From IMG/VR virus record IMGVR_UViG_3300025018_000319, positions 1-36,204 of that record: a DNA stretch of 36,204 bases, one strand, 5' to 3'. Source of the DNA: a virus. Its lineage: Duplodnaviria > Caudoviricetes. Both the position numbers and the translations under genes were made by a program. Positions 1-9,556 of the stretch are shown in pieces. Below the pieces are notes generated by a model, which was given only the letters and a program-made list of their open reading frames with translations, had not been told where the DNA came from and did no database searches. How positions within the stretch are numbered: position 1 is the first letter of the stretch; every line of letters begins with the position of its first letter.

Positions 1-99
1 GATTTTTTCAAGCTAAAAAGTGTCAATGCTAAAGACAGCGCCACTGATTATAAACGCAAGGGAATTGGTCGAGTTTTAAATGGCGGGCAATTGCTCGAT
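1..99. repeat. Terminal overlap, identical to 35989-36087 (circular or circularly permuted genome)
   Basis: Exact 99-bp match read directly; the ParB-like ORF runs through it in frame and stops at TAA 109-111. Confidence 0.95.
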
Positions 100-113
100 T
101 TAATAAAATAATT

Positions 114-233
114 ATGACTAATCTAAACAAAACAAGTGACGATTTATTCAAGGCAGGAAAAAAGATGACCAGTGGTTGTCTTGGACTGGTCTTGTTATTT
201 TTCATCATTTTAATCGTGTTGGCGATTTTATAG
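114..233 (+). CDS. 39-aa single-TM membrane peptide
   Basis: Hand-translated MTNLNKTSDDLFKAGKKMTSGCLGLVLLFFIILIVLAIL; fills the gap between the ParB stop and the next ATG. Confidence 0.6.
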   Translation: MTNLNKTSDDLFKAGKKMTSGCLGLVLLFFIILIVLAIL

Positions 234-234
234 T

Positions 235-975
235 ATGTTTACCATTGCAATTCCAAGTTATAAAAGAGCAAGCGATTGTCTGACAGCCAAGTGGATTACT
301 AATGGCGTTATATTTTGCCACGAGTTTGAGGCTGATGCATATCGCAAGCATAACAAAAATAAGATTGTCACAATTCCGGATAACTTGGCTGGCAAAGGTA
401 TGGCAACAATTCGCAATTTCATCTTAGACAATACAAAAGACGATCGGGTCGTATTGCTCGATGATGACATCAAACAATTTGGGTATTATGAAAACCTTGC
501 TTTGTATCTGATGACTGAGCAGGAAGTCTATAATCTATTTGAGAACAATTTCAGGATGACCGAGGATGCTAAGACTAAACTATGGGGAGTCAATCTACAA
601 AGTGATAAAAAGTTTTATCGCGAATATTCCCCGCTGTCTTTGTCCTCGGTTATTCTCGGACCTTGTATGGGCATCATCAAAGACAAGGACATTCGATTTG
701 ATGAGAGGTTGGGACTTAAAGAGGATTACGATTACTCAATTCAGGTGCTCAGGAAATTCCGGAAAGTTCTCCGGTTCAATAAGTATCACTATGCCTCGGC
801 TCACATCAGTAAAAAGGGATGATGTGCAAGTTATCGGACTATGAAAAAAGAGGAGACTCAGGCAACTCTATTCCAAAAGAAGTGGGGGAGGTCAATCGTT
901 CAGATTAAAAGAAAAACCCAGGGAGGCAATATGTCAATCAATCCGGTTGTCCATTGTCCTATCAAGGGCATTTAA
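235..975 (+). pseudogene. TET-associated/GREB1-like glycosyltransferase (TAGT-like) interrupted by one in-frame TGA at 820-822
   Basis: IAIPSYKRA, RNFILD, LLDDD and LKEDYDY motifs; frame continues after TGA as CASYRT...QKKWG...NPVVHCPIKGI to TAA 973-975. Confidence 0.7.
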
Positions 976-979
976 TACT

Positions 980-1204
980 ATGATAGATTACGATTTACAA
1001 GTTAAAATGGACATCAGAAAAATAAAGATGTTTTTTCTCGATGAGGGGGTGGAGTTAACCGATTTGCAAATAAGCAAAATATGGTCTAACTATTCTGATG
1101 AACTATGTGCTAGTTGGCTTGGATTACCTGAGGATATGCAAAGACTCAAGGTTATATTTAATGACTACAAAATCATCGATGATGTTATCTATAAAAAGAT
1201 TTAA
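980..1204 (+). CDS. Hypothetical protein
   Basis: ORF track, start trimmed to ATG 980; tiles between neighbours. Confidence 0.6.
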   Translation: MIDYDLQVKMDIRKIKMFFLDEGVELTDLQISKIWSNYSDELCASWLGLPEDMQRLKVIFNDYKIIDDVIYKKI

Positions 1205-1208
1205 AAAT

Positions 1209-1451
1209 ATGTTTGACAATAAAATAAAAAAGGAGGTCGGAAAACAAATCAGAAAAATTTGGCTTACCGCCACGATATTCACAGTATTCCTGATTTACAT
1301 AGAGGCAGTAATAGGCAAATGGTTTGTCAGTTTATTACTAGGGATAGACATTGGATTGTTTGAGGCTATCATCATCACGATCATCACTAATTTAATTGTC
1401 GGATTGTTTAACGGATTTAAACTATATGCAAAAGCCAAAAGGAAAGATTAA
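1209..1451 (+). CDS. Hypothetical membrane protein (2 TM)
   Basis: Two hydrophobic stretches; start trimmed to ATG 1209. Confidence 0.6.
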   Translation: MFDNKIKKEVGKQIRKIWLTATIFTVFLIYIEAVIGKWFVSLLLGIDIGLFEAIIITIITNLIVGLFNGFKLYAKAKRKD

Positions 1452-1953
1452 AAAAAAACAGCCTCAGATAATTAAAAAGCCTGCTAAGGTTATTGTTAAG
1501 AGTAGCAAAAAAAAACAATCGAAGTCAGTTGACGGAATTAACGAAACTAACAGTAGTAAAAGGCTTGACTCTAAAGGTCGTGACATTACTTATGTTGCTG
1601 AGAAAATGGCAGAGAGCAAAGCAAAGATTTTAATCGAGTTGGAGAAAACTTTTGGTATAGTCACGAATGCAATCGCTAAGGCTAGGATTAGCAATGTGAC
1701 ATTTTATAAGTGGTATAAAAATGACGAGGATTTTGCCCGTGCTGTTGATGATATACAGGACGGGTTTGATGTTATAGTGGAGGATTACCTCAAGCAAAAG
1801 ATTATTGCAAAAGACGGGCATTCAATTCGTTTCTACCTATCGCATCGAGTCGCTAAGTATAAACCAAAGATTGGCATCGGAATGGACAAGGATGCTAAAC
1901 CAATCAAATTGATGATTACAACTTTTGACCCCGATGAGGAAACAAAAAAATAA
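1426..1953 (+). CDS. terS: Terminase small subunit (HTH type)
   Basis: ELEKTFGIVTNAIAKARISNVTFYKWYKNDEDF HTH; directly upstream of terL; Lys-rich N-terminus. Confidence 0.8.
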   Translation: MQKPKGKIKKKQPQIIKKPAKVIVKSSKKKQSKSVDGINETNSSKRLDSKGRDITYVAEKMAESKAKILIELEKTFGIVTNAIAKARISNVTFYKWYKNDEDFARAVDDIQDGFDVIVEDYLKQKIIAKDGHSIRFYLSHRVAKYKPKIGIGMDKDAKPIKLMITTFDPDEETKK

Positions 1954-1955
1954 CT

Positions 1956-3335
1956 ATGGCACACTGGCAACAAACCAAAAAACAAAAAGAGGCTTGGGAT
2001 AAACTGACAGACCTTGAAACCACTGAGATTATTTTCGGAGGTGGGGCTGGAGGTGCTAAGTCTTTTTTAGGTTGTGCGTGGCTGATTGTTATGGCAACGA
2101 CACATCCGGAAACTCGTTGGCTATTAGGGCGTAAAAAATTAAAGAGATTGAAAGAAACCACCCTCAAAACATTCTTTGAGGTCTGCGGTAAATGGGGCTA
2201 TAAACAGGGAGTGCATTATGTCTATGTTGCTGACTCGCATATTATGTTTGCCAATGGCTCGGAAGTAGTGCTCAAGGATTTAGCTTATCAGCCGAGTGAC
2301 CCTAACTATGATGACCTCGGGTCTTTGGAGTTAACAGGTGCTTTTATCGATGAGGTCAATCAGATAACATTTAAGTGCTGGCAGGTGGTCAATTCTCGCA
2401 TCAGGTTTAAGTTGGATGAGTTTGACTTGATACCAAAATGCCTCGGAACTTGTAACCCTAGCAAGGGCTGGGTGTATACCTACTTTTACAAGCCGATGAG
2501 GGAGGCTGTGCTTGAGGCTGGCAAGGCTTTCATCCGTGCTTTGGTTCGTGATAACCCTTTCATCTCAAGGCACTACATCAAGCAATTAGAGGCTATCAAG
2601 GATAAAGCCACGAGGGAGCGTTTGCTCAATGGCAACTGGGAGTATGATGATGACCCTGCTTGTTTATTTGAAATGGATGTCATCAATGACCTATTTACCA
2701 ACAAGGCTAAGCCTGACAAGGAGAAGTTTTTGACTGGAGATGTTAGTCGCAAGGGTCGAGACAAGATGCCCCTCGGTCTTTGGAAAGGACTGAGACTATA
2801 CAAGGTTTTATTGATACCTGATGAAATCCGGAGAGATACCACAAAAAGCTCGAAATTTATCAAAGACATCTGCGATCGTGAGGGCATCAGGCGGTCGAAT
2901 GTCGTGCTCGATGAGGACGGAGTCGGTGGAGGTGTAGTGGACCAAGTCGGTGGCTGTGTCGGTTTTGTTAATGGCTCGAGTCCAGTGCTGTCAAAACAGG
3001 AACAAAGGAGAAAGTCAAGGGGAGAGTATTTTGTTAACTATGGAAACCTCAAGACTCAGTGCTATTTTAAATTAGCGGAATTGGGAGAGGCTGGGGAGAT
3101 TGCTATTGATGAGCAGGCTTTTGCTAACAGCAAGGACAAGGATGATTTTATCGAGGAACTCGGTCAGATTAAGCAGAGAGACCTCGACAAGGACGGTCGG
3201 GTCTTTTTAGTCGGCAAGGAAGTCATCAAGGAGAACATCGGACGATCACCGGACTTTGCTGATATGGTTATGATGAGAATGTATTTTCAAGTTAAGATTA
3301 AAAAGGTCTTGGACATTATCGATGTTGACAGTTGA
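1956..3335 (+). CDS. terL: Terminase large subunit
   Basis: Walker A GGGAGGAKS, Walker B AFIDEV, TCNP coupling motif, C-terminal nuclease with GRSPDFAD. Confidence 0.95.
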   Translation: MAHWQQTKKQKEAWDKLTDLETTEIIFGGGAGGAKSFLGCAWLIVMATTHPETRWLLGRKKLKRLKETTLKTFFEVCGKWGYKQGVHYVYVADSHIMFANGSEVVLKDLAYQPSDPNYDDLGSLELTGAFIDEVNQITFKCWQVVNSRIRFKLDEFDLIPKCLGTCNPSKGWVYTYFYKPMREAVLEAGKAFIRALVRDNPFISRHYIKQLEAIKDKATRERLLNGNWEYDDDPACLFEMDVINDLFTNKAKPDKEKFLTGDVSRKGRDKMPLGLWKGLRLYKVLLIPDEIRRDTTKSSKFIKDICDREGIRRSNVVLDEDGVGGGVVDQVGGCVGFVNGSSPVLSKQEQRRKSRGEYFVNYGNLKTQCYFKLAELGEAGEIAIDEQAFANSKDKDDFIEELGQIKQRDLDKDGRVFLVGKEVIKENIGRSPDFADMVMMRMYFQVKIKKVLDIIDVDS

Positions 3336-3355
3336 TTGTTGATTTGCATAAATTG

Positions 3356-3364
3356 TGCTATAAT
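3356..3364 (+). promoter_or_regulatory. Extended -10 promoter TGCTATAAT upstream of portal
   Basis: Perfect TGnTATAAT in the intergenic gap; same 9-mer at 5592 and 21093. Confidence 0.6.
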
Positions 3365-3393
3365 AGATTTATCAAAATTTACTAATAAAACTT

Positions 3394-4800
3394 ATGTGGC
3401 TACTTGATAAAATTTTCAATCGTGACGAGAGAAAGAGCGTGCCATTTTCGTTTTTCTACAATTCCGGAATTATGTCCAGCGTTGTCACGAAAAATGATGC
3501 TTTGGATTTTTACAAATCTTGGGTTTATGCCTGCGTTGCTAAGCGCTCAATGGGAATTGCTGGGATTGATTTTCATCTTTACAAAATGCAGGGTCAGAAA
3601 ATAGTTGAAGTGTTTGAGCATCCTATCTTGGATTTGCTTTACAAGGTCAATCCGGAAATGACCAAATACAATTTTTTACAATTGAGCATTGTCTATCGTG
3701 ATTTACTTGGTGCAAGCCCTTGGATTTTAGAGGGTGGAGATAAGAACGGACGAAATCCTAAAATGATGTTTATTGCGAGACCTGAGTTTTTCAAGGTCAA
3801 GAGGTCTAGTGACGGACGAGTTACTGGATACACTTATGAAATCGGAACTTACAAAAAAGATTTTCTGCCCGGTGAAGTCATCTTTTTAAAAAATTATAAT
3901 CCTAAAGACCCCGACAAGGGCATCGGTATCATCGAGGCTGTCAGGATGACTGCTGAGAATGATGACTATATCGTTCAGACTAATAACAACCTGCTTATCA
4001 ATGGTGCTGTCCCGGGCGGTTATCTTGAAACTGAGGAAACTATAAGCAAGGACGAAATCAAGAGGCTGGAGAAAAAAGCCCGTGCAAAGTATGCCGGCTT
4101 TGATAATGCCTACAAACTACAAATCTTGCAGGGTGGTATGAAGTTTAAACCAAACATCATCCCTCCTCGTGATATGGAATTTATCGAGGGCAGAAAATTC
4201 AATCGAGATGAGGTTGCTGGTATTTTCGGAGTGCCAAAATCTCTTTTGACTTTTGATGATGTAAACCTCGCATCTGCTAGAACTGGAGAATATCAATTCG
4301 CTAAGTGGACTCTCGAGCCTATGGCTACAGAGATTTTTGAACAATTAAACGAATTTTTATTGCCTAAGTTTGACGGAGGAGAGTTGATGTGGTTGGACTT
4401 CGAGCCTATGGCTAAAGAGGACGAGGAGTTGGTTATCAGAGCAGACGAGTCATCGGTCAACAGGTGGAAAACTATCAACGAGGTCAGAGACAGCAAGGGT
4501 CTTGAGCCTTTGTCCGGTGGCGATTATATTTATTTGCCTTTGTCATCGATGCCTATGGTCGGAGGTAAGAGTCAAAAGTCTGAGGATACTATCCTCAAGA
4601 TTGGAAGTGCCCGGGCTATTCAGAGTCGCCTATCTTTGAAAAAAGAAAATTACTACAAAAAGCGAATACTCAGCAGGAACTACAAAAACAATGCTTTGGT
4701 CAAGTCTGTTACTAATATTGCGTTGAAAAAACTTGATGATGTTACGATCAAGGCTTTTCGCATTGTAGAAAAAAAACAAGAAAAAAAAAACTCCAATTGA
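3394..4800 (+). CDS. HK97-family portal protein
   Basis: WVYACV, HPILDLLYKVNPEMT, DMEFIEGRKFNRDEVAGIFGVP, TINEVR...GLEPL motifs. Confidence 0.95.
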   Translation: MWLLDKIFNRDERKSVPFSFFYNSGIMSSVVTKNDALDFYKSWVYACVAKRSMGIAGIDFHLYKMQGQKIVEVFEHPILDLLYKVNPEMTKYNFLQLSIVYRDLLGASPWILEGGDKNGRNPKMMFIARPEFFKVKRSSDGRVTGYTYEIGTYKKDFLPGEVIFLKNYNPKDPDKGIGIIEAVRMTAENDDYIVQTNNNLLINGAVPGGYLETEETISKDEIKRLEKKARAKYAGFDNAYKLQILQGGMKFKPNIIPPRDMEFIEGRKFNRDEVAGIFGVPKSLLTFDDVNLASARTGEYQFAKWTLEPMATEIFEQLNEFLLPKFDGGELMWLDFEPMAKEDEELVIRADESSVNRWKTINEVRDSKGLEPLSGGDYIYLPLSSMPMVGGKSQKSEDTILKIGSARAIQSRLSLKKENYYKKRILSRNYKNNALVKSVTNIALKKLDDVTIKAFRIVEKKQEKKNSN

Positions 4801-5483
4801 GTGAGGAGCAGGTCGATTTATTCTACAAAGCGAGAATGACCGAGGAGGAAGTGCTTGAGAAACTTTGGATTGATGAGTTTAAAAAATTCTTTACAAAACA
4901 AAAAGATAGATTTATCGAGGCGGTTGAGAAAAGCAAAAAGGGTGTCGCTGAGGAGTATGACATCGATGTCGCTTACGAGTTAACAGCCACGATCGAGGTC
5001 ATCAACCCGTTGATGTATGAGACTGTTATGAGAGGAGTCCGGCAGGCTAGTGAATTAGTCGGAGAGCCAGTGATTGCTGACTTGGATTTTCTCAGGGAGT
5101 GGCTGGATGATGTCAGTCAGAACATTGGACAACAAATCAGTGATACTACTATCAATGCTTTCAATGATGCTTTGAGGGAGGGCGTGGAGGCTGGAGAGAG
5201 TGTCGGAGACTTATCAAAGAGGGTTGAGGAGGTGTTTACTTTCGCATCAAAGAATAGGGCTGAGATGATTGCTCGAACTGAGGTTGCTCGTGGTGTCACT
5301 GAGGCTCATCGACAGACTTATGACTATTATGGATTTAACGAGGTTAAGTGGTTACTAGCTCCCGGCTCTTGTGCGTTATGTGATGAGAAGTCAAGGAGTA
5401 AATGGTCAATCAGTAGTGTCAGGGGAGAGATACCTGTGCATCCAAATTGTAAGTGCGACTTTACGCCTATATCAAACAGATAA
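4797..5483 (+). CDS. Minor head protein (Mu gpF / SPP1 gp7 family), possibly fused to portal by -1 frameshift
   Basis: RAEMIARTEV, CALC, IPVHPNCKC motifs; overlapping start is TTG just after an A10 run. Confidence 0.9.
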   Translation: MSEEQVDLFYKARMTEEEVLEKLWIDEFKKFFTKQKDRFIEAVEKSKKGVAEEYDIDVAYELTATIEVINPLMYETVMRGVRQASELVGEPVIADLDFLREWLDDVSQNIGQQISDTTINAFNDALREGVEAGESVGDLSKRVEEVFTFASKNRAEMIARTEVARGVTEAHRQTYDYYGFNEVKWLLAPGSCALCDEKSRSKWSISSVRGEIPVHPNCKCDFTPISNR

Positions 5484-5487
5484 ATTT

Positions 5488-5562
5488 ATGTCACGATCAA
5501 TTGCTGAAATTAAAAAAAAGCGGGGCGAAAAGCCAAAGAAAAAGAAAAAATGCAAGAGGTAG
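5488..5562 (+). CDS. 24-aa highly basic peptide
   Basis: MSRSIAEIKKKRGEKPKKKKKCKR with the AT-rich ...TTTATG start context typical of this genome. Confidence 0.4.
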   Translation: MSRSIAEIKKKRGEKPKKKKKCKR

Positions 5563-5591
5563 TTTTGGCTATTACCATAAATGTTTTTTTG

Positions 5592-5600
5592 TGCTATAAT
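5592..5600 (+). promoter_or_regulatory. Extended -10 promoter upstream of prohead protease
   Basis: TGCTATAAT in intergenic region. Confidence 0.6.
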
Positions 5601-5637
5601 AACATAACAAAATAATTTTAAGATTATTCCTACCAAT

Positions 5638-6714
5638 ATGAGTAAAAAACAAGAGGCAAAATTTGACATTAAATTAAATGTCCCGGTTGCTTTCAAAATA
5701 GTTGAGAGTAAGGCAGACGGAGAGCAAGGAATTGTCGAGGCTTATGTTTCCATTTTTAATAATGTTGACTTGGGTGGCGATATTATCTTGCAAGGTGCGT
5801 TTGCTGAGAGTCTTGCCAAGAAGTTTCCAAAGGGAGTGTGGTCACATAATTGGGATTTACCAATCGCCAAAACCCTTGAGGCTCGTGAGGACAGCAAGGG
5901 GCTTTACATTAAGGGTCAATTCAACCTCGATACTCAGAGAGGCAAGGAGGCTTACAGTGATGTTAAGTTCGGGACGATTGATGAGTTCTCAATCGGTTTC
6001 AGAGTTCAGGATGATGAGTGGCGAGATGACGGAGTTCGTGTGATTAAAAAAGCGAAACTCTACGAATGGTCTCCGGTCTTGGCTGGTATGAACCCGGAAA
6101 CAGAAGTCATTAGCGTTAAGTCTGATGAGGATGTCGATGAAAAAGGTATCATTGAGGATGAGTTGAATGTCGACAGAGATGACCAGATGAAAAAGTGGAA
6201 AATGCTCAGCAAAATGGACGATGTTATGTATAAGTTTTATGATGTCTATTTGAGGGCGACTACCAACTCGGCTGATTTTTCAACTCATATCGCTGAGGTT
6301 TCTGATTTGTTGAAAGGCATCGGAGATGATTACGAGGCCATCACTCAACCGAATGATAATGTCTATCTCGGATTGAATAGCAAGAGTGTCCTTGAGAGAA
6401 TTGAAAAAACACAAAAGGAAAACCTTGAATTGTCCGGATACAAGGTTGAAAAAGTAAAGACTGATTTAAAATCCGGAACTGTCATATTGACGATCAAGAA
6501 CGATGAGGGAGTGGAGGTTGAAAAAGTTTTCAATATGAGCGATAATTACAAAAAGTTTATTCAAATTAAACGAGAGCAAAAGGCTCTCAAACTAAAGGTC
6601 GATACTAGTGAGGGAGAGGGTGTCACAACCCGGAAAACAATTCTCCGCATTAGAGATGTAGCAAAACAAAATCTTAAAGCAAGTCAATACTTGCTCAGGA
6701 TTACGAAAAACTAA
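5638..6714 (+). CDS. HK97-family prohead protease with long C-terminal extension (possible scaffold)
   Basis: YVSIFNNVDLGGDII, WSHN, FSIGF, LYEWSPVLAGMN motifs. Confidence 0.92.
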   Translation: MSKKQEAKFDIKLNVPVAFKIVESKADGEQGIVEAYVSIFNNVDLGGDIILQGAFAESLAKKFPKGVWSHNWDLPIAKTLEAREDSKGLYIKGQFNLDTQRGKEAYSDVKFGTIDEFSIGFRVQDDEWRDDGVRVIKKAKLYEWSPVLAGMNPETEVISVKSDEDVDEKGIIEDELNVDRDDQMKKWKMLSKMDDVMYKFYDVYLRATTNSADFSTHIAEVSDLLKGIGDDYEAITQPNDNVYLGLNSKSVLERIEKTQKENLELSGYKVEKVKTDLKSGTVILTIKNDEGVEVEKVFNMSDNYKKFIQIKREQKALKLKVDTSEGEGVTTRKTILRIRDVAKQNLKASQYLLRITKN

Positions 6715-6724
6715 CTAAAAATCT

Positions 6725-7762
6725 ATGCCTGACATTAAAGAGGTCACAATGGAGGAGCTAAAGCAGATTATGTCTGATAGCGTTAAGGAAGTAATTCCTA
6801 CTCTAAAAAGCGAGATTTTGTCCGAGCTCAAAGACGGTTTGAGAGAGGAAGTCAAGGTCAATACCAAAGAGGAAGACATCGAAAAGTCTGCCCAGTTTAT
6901 CAAGGAAGTCTGTAATGGCAACCTTGAGCGCAAGGCTGTCAATTCGACCAATGACTCTTTTGGTTATACTGTCCCGACTGAACTCGCAAACTTTATCTTG
7001 ACCGCTAAGGACAAGATTGCCAAGATGAGAAAATTGGCATTTGTATTCTCTATGAGTGGAAATTTCCAGTTACCAACTGAGGGCACTGGTGTTACTGCTT
7101 ACTGGGTTGGAGAAAATGATACGATTACCGAGAGCAACCCAACTATCGGTAAAAAGGATTTGGTCGATTATTATTTGGCGGCTCGAGTGTTAATCCCTCG
7201 CAAGTTGCTGAATACATCTGCCTACAACATCATCAATTATATTGGCGAACTCTGTGCTCGTGCTTTGCGTAACACTGAGGAAACTGCTTTCATTGCTGGT
7301 GACGGTTCTAGCAAGCCAACTGGTTTGCGTTTAGCATCTATCGCATCGATTGCTCAAGCAAGCACTGCTTTGGCTTATAGTGATATGGTCAAATTGTATT
7401 ACTTGTTACCAGAACAGTATCGCGAAAACGCTGTCTTTATTTCATCCTCTCTCGGTTTAACCGCTTTGAGGACGATCAATGATGACAACAATGTGCCGAT
7501 TTTCGATTTGAGAGACCAAAAAGTATTTGGTCGCCCTGTTATCGAAAGTGCTGACATCCCTGCTAACCTTGGAAGTTCTGCCAACACTACTGAAATTTAT
7601 TTCGGTGATATGTGGTATTACTGGATTAAGGATGGCGAGACTATGTTTGTCGATACCGACAAGGTCTTGTCTAAGTTGCAGGTCGAGTTGGTCGTTGCTG
7701 AGGCTGTGGACGGTGTTTACACCTTACCTGCGGCTTGTCGCAAGATGACTGGCGTTAAATAG
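6725..7762 (+). CDS. Major capsid protein, HK97 fold
   Basis: GYTVPTEL, AYWVGEN, AFIAGDGSSKPTGL, FGRPV, YFGD motifs; follows protease. Confidence 0.95.
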   Translation: MPDIKEVTMEELKQIMSDSVKEVIPTLKSEILSELKDGLREEVKVNTKEEDIEKSAQFIKEVCNGNLERKAVNSTNDSFGYTVPTELANFILTAKDKIAKMRKLAFVFSMSGNFQLPTEGTGVTAYWVGENDTITESNPTIGKKDLVDYYLAARVLIPRKLLNTSAYNIINYIGELCARALRNTEETAFIAGDGSSKPTGLRLASIASIAQASTALAYSDMVKLYYLLPEQYRENAVFISSSLGLTALRTINDDNNVPIFDLRDQKVFGRPVIESADIPANLGSSANTTEIYFGDMWYYWIKDGETMFVDTDKVLSKLQVELVVAEAVDGVYTLPAACRKMTGVK

Positions 7763-7768
7763 TTTCAG

Positions 7769-7800
7769 AACTCGCCACATATTCCCCGGTGGCGAGTTTT
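7769..7800 (+). terminator. Intrinsic terminator-like hairpin after capsid gene
   Basis: AACTCGCCAC-10 nt-GTGGCGAGTT then TT. Confidence 0.7.
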
Positions 7801-7836
7801 ACAAACTGTTTAAATTTAACAAACTAAGTCAATTTT

Positions 7837-8067
7837 ATGGCTAACAACAAAAATGCAAACAAAGGGGTCAGTGGTATCGGAATGAAAAAAGATGATGACA
7901 AAAAGGTCATTGTCTTGGTCAAGTTTTTAAAATCATATACCCCGTATATCAAGGGCGAGGTCGCTGGCTTTGACAAAAAGTTTGCCGGTAAACTCATCGA
8001 ACACGAAATCGCTGAGAAGTTTAACAAAGGCGATAAAGATGACGACTCTGATGAGTCTGATGACTAA
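7837..8067 (+). CDS. Small post-capsid protein (putative head-associated/assembly factor)
   Basis: Position after MCP; VKFLKxxxxYxxGE...LIxxxIA pattern. Confidence 0.75.
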   Translation: MANNKNANKGVSGIGMKKDDDKKVIVLVKFLKSYTPYIKGEVAGFDKKFAGKLIEHEIAEKFNKGDKDDDSDESDD

Positions 8068-8073
8068 AAAAAT

Positions 8074-9552
8074 ATGCCTAAGATATTGGTCAAGTATATC
8101 AAGGGCCTTGAAACTTATGTCCCCGGGGATATTCGTGCAGTCGAATTATCTGAGTATAAAAAACTTAAAAAAGCTGGCATTGTCGTTAAGACTCAATTAC
8201 TTGAGGAAGTCTGCGACAATGATGTGGTTCGGGACGGATTGAAAGGTCAAAACATCAAAGGTCAATCCTACGCCAAGGGATTGATTGATGTCGTAATACC
8301 CACGAAAGCAAAAGCCAATGTTAAGTCTTGGGAGATACTTAACAAGGCTGAGAAAAAAGGCGATATTACTTTAACTTTAATGATTAGAGATTTTAACGAG
8401 CAGACCGGTGGGTTTGCTCGTTCTTGCAATGACGGGGCGAAATTAAACGAGGGGTTGGGCGAGTTCGTTCTATTTTTCAATGATGATGTTGAAATCAAAG
8501 ACGGATTTTTCAAAGAACTGGTCAAGCCTTTTGAGAGTGCTGAGGTCGGAATGGTCGGAGTGGAATGCTCACAAACAGGCTTTGGTATCAATGGCTCAGT
8601 AATGTGTATCCGGAGGGAACTGCTCGAAAATATCGGAGGCTTTGATGAGACTTACTTTTTTATGTATGAGGACAATGACCTTTGTCGTAATGTTAAAAAA
8701 AGAGGATTTAACATTGAAATATCTCAGGCATTCGCTAAGCACAAGGGAGGCGACAGCATCAATATCGCATCAGAGTTTTGGCGTAAAAATTATTACTTGG
8801 GAAAAAATTACCACGATCACAAATGGCATAATAGCAGGAGAATTATCGGGTCAATGATTGTCGGTAATGAGGACAATCGCTATATGTCGAGAGTCATCAT
8901 TGATTTATTTAAAAGAGATTTGATTGACGAGATTGTGGTTGTCTGTGACCAGTCGAATGATGCTACTGTCAGGGAGTTGGAAGTTTTAAAAAAATACTAT
9001 CCGGTTTGCATCAAGTATCACGATTTTAAATTGTTTGGAGTTGCTGAAAATCTGCTCAGGGAGCGAGCGATTGATTATGCTGTCAGTAAAAACCCGTTCG
9101 GTATCGTGCCAATCGATGCTGATGAGTTCTTTGATGAGGAAGTCAATCGAAGTGTATTGATTGATTTGCTGGTCAGGGATATTGCTTGGGATTTTCCGTT
9201 GGCTCATTTTTACGGAAACGAGGAGGAGGTCAGAATTGACGGGGCTTTTTCTAAGCAGAAAAATATCAGATTATTCAGGTATTGTCCGGAGTATTCTCAA
9301 AAGTTCTTTGATAGAAACCTGCACTGCGGGTCAGCGCCTATTTATGGATACCAAAATCGCAAAGACACTGATTTTATTTTGAAACATTTTGGATATGTCC
9401 GGAGTGAGGACATTGTTGCTAAGAAAAAAAGGCAAGAGCAGTTTGATAAAAATATGATTTTGGAAAACCCGGACCTATACAAAAGGATGATGACTGAGGG
9501 AGATGTTATCAAGTGGAACAAAGTTGATTTTTTACAAATCTATAAGCAATAA
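8074..9552 (+). CDS. Double GT-A (family 2) glycosyltransferase with an N-terminal copy of the post-capsid domain
   Basis: Domain 1: IDVVIPT, FNDD, IGGFDE, YEDNDLC. Domain 2: MIVGNE, DEIVVVCDQSND, IDADE, HFGY. Confidence 0.9.
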   Translation: MPKILVKYIKGLETYVPGDIRAVELSEYKKLKKAGIVVKTQLLEEVCDNDVVRDGLKGQNIKGQSYAKGLIDVVIPTKAKANVKSWEILNKAEKKGDITLTLMIRDFNEQTGGFARSCNDGAKLNEGLGEFVLFFNDDVEIKDGFFKELVKPFESAEVGMVGVECSQTGFGINGSVMCIRRELLENIGGFDETYFFMYEDNDLCRNVKKRGFNIEISQAFAKHKGGDSINIASEFWRKNYYLGKNYHDHKWHNSRRIIGSMIVGNEDNRYMSRVIIDLFKRDLIDEIVVVCDQSNDATVRELEVLKKYYPVCIKYHDFKLFGVAENLLRERAIDYAVSKNPFGIVPIDADEFFDEEVNRSVLIDLLVRDIAWDFPLAHFYGNEEEVRIDGAFSKQKNIRLFRYCPEYSQKFFDRNLHCGSAPIYGYQNRKDTDFILKHFGYVRSEDIVAKKKRQEQFDKNMILENPDLYKRMMTEGDVIKWNKVDFLQIYKQ

Positions 9553-9556
9553 CTAT

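Noticed and set aside
1-99. Biological direct terminal repeat
   Set aside because: It falls mid-gene and its length equals a common assembly k-mer; better explained as circular overlap
820-822. Genome-wide UGA=Gly recoding (code 25)
   Set aside because: Many genes end at TGA, including ATGA stop/start overlaps at 13887, 14637, 18965, 33658 and 34879, and no other gene is interrupted by TGA
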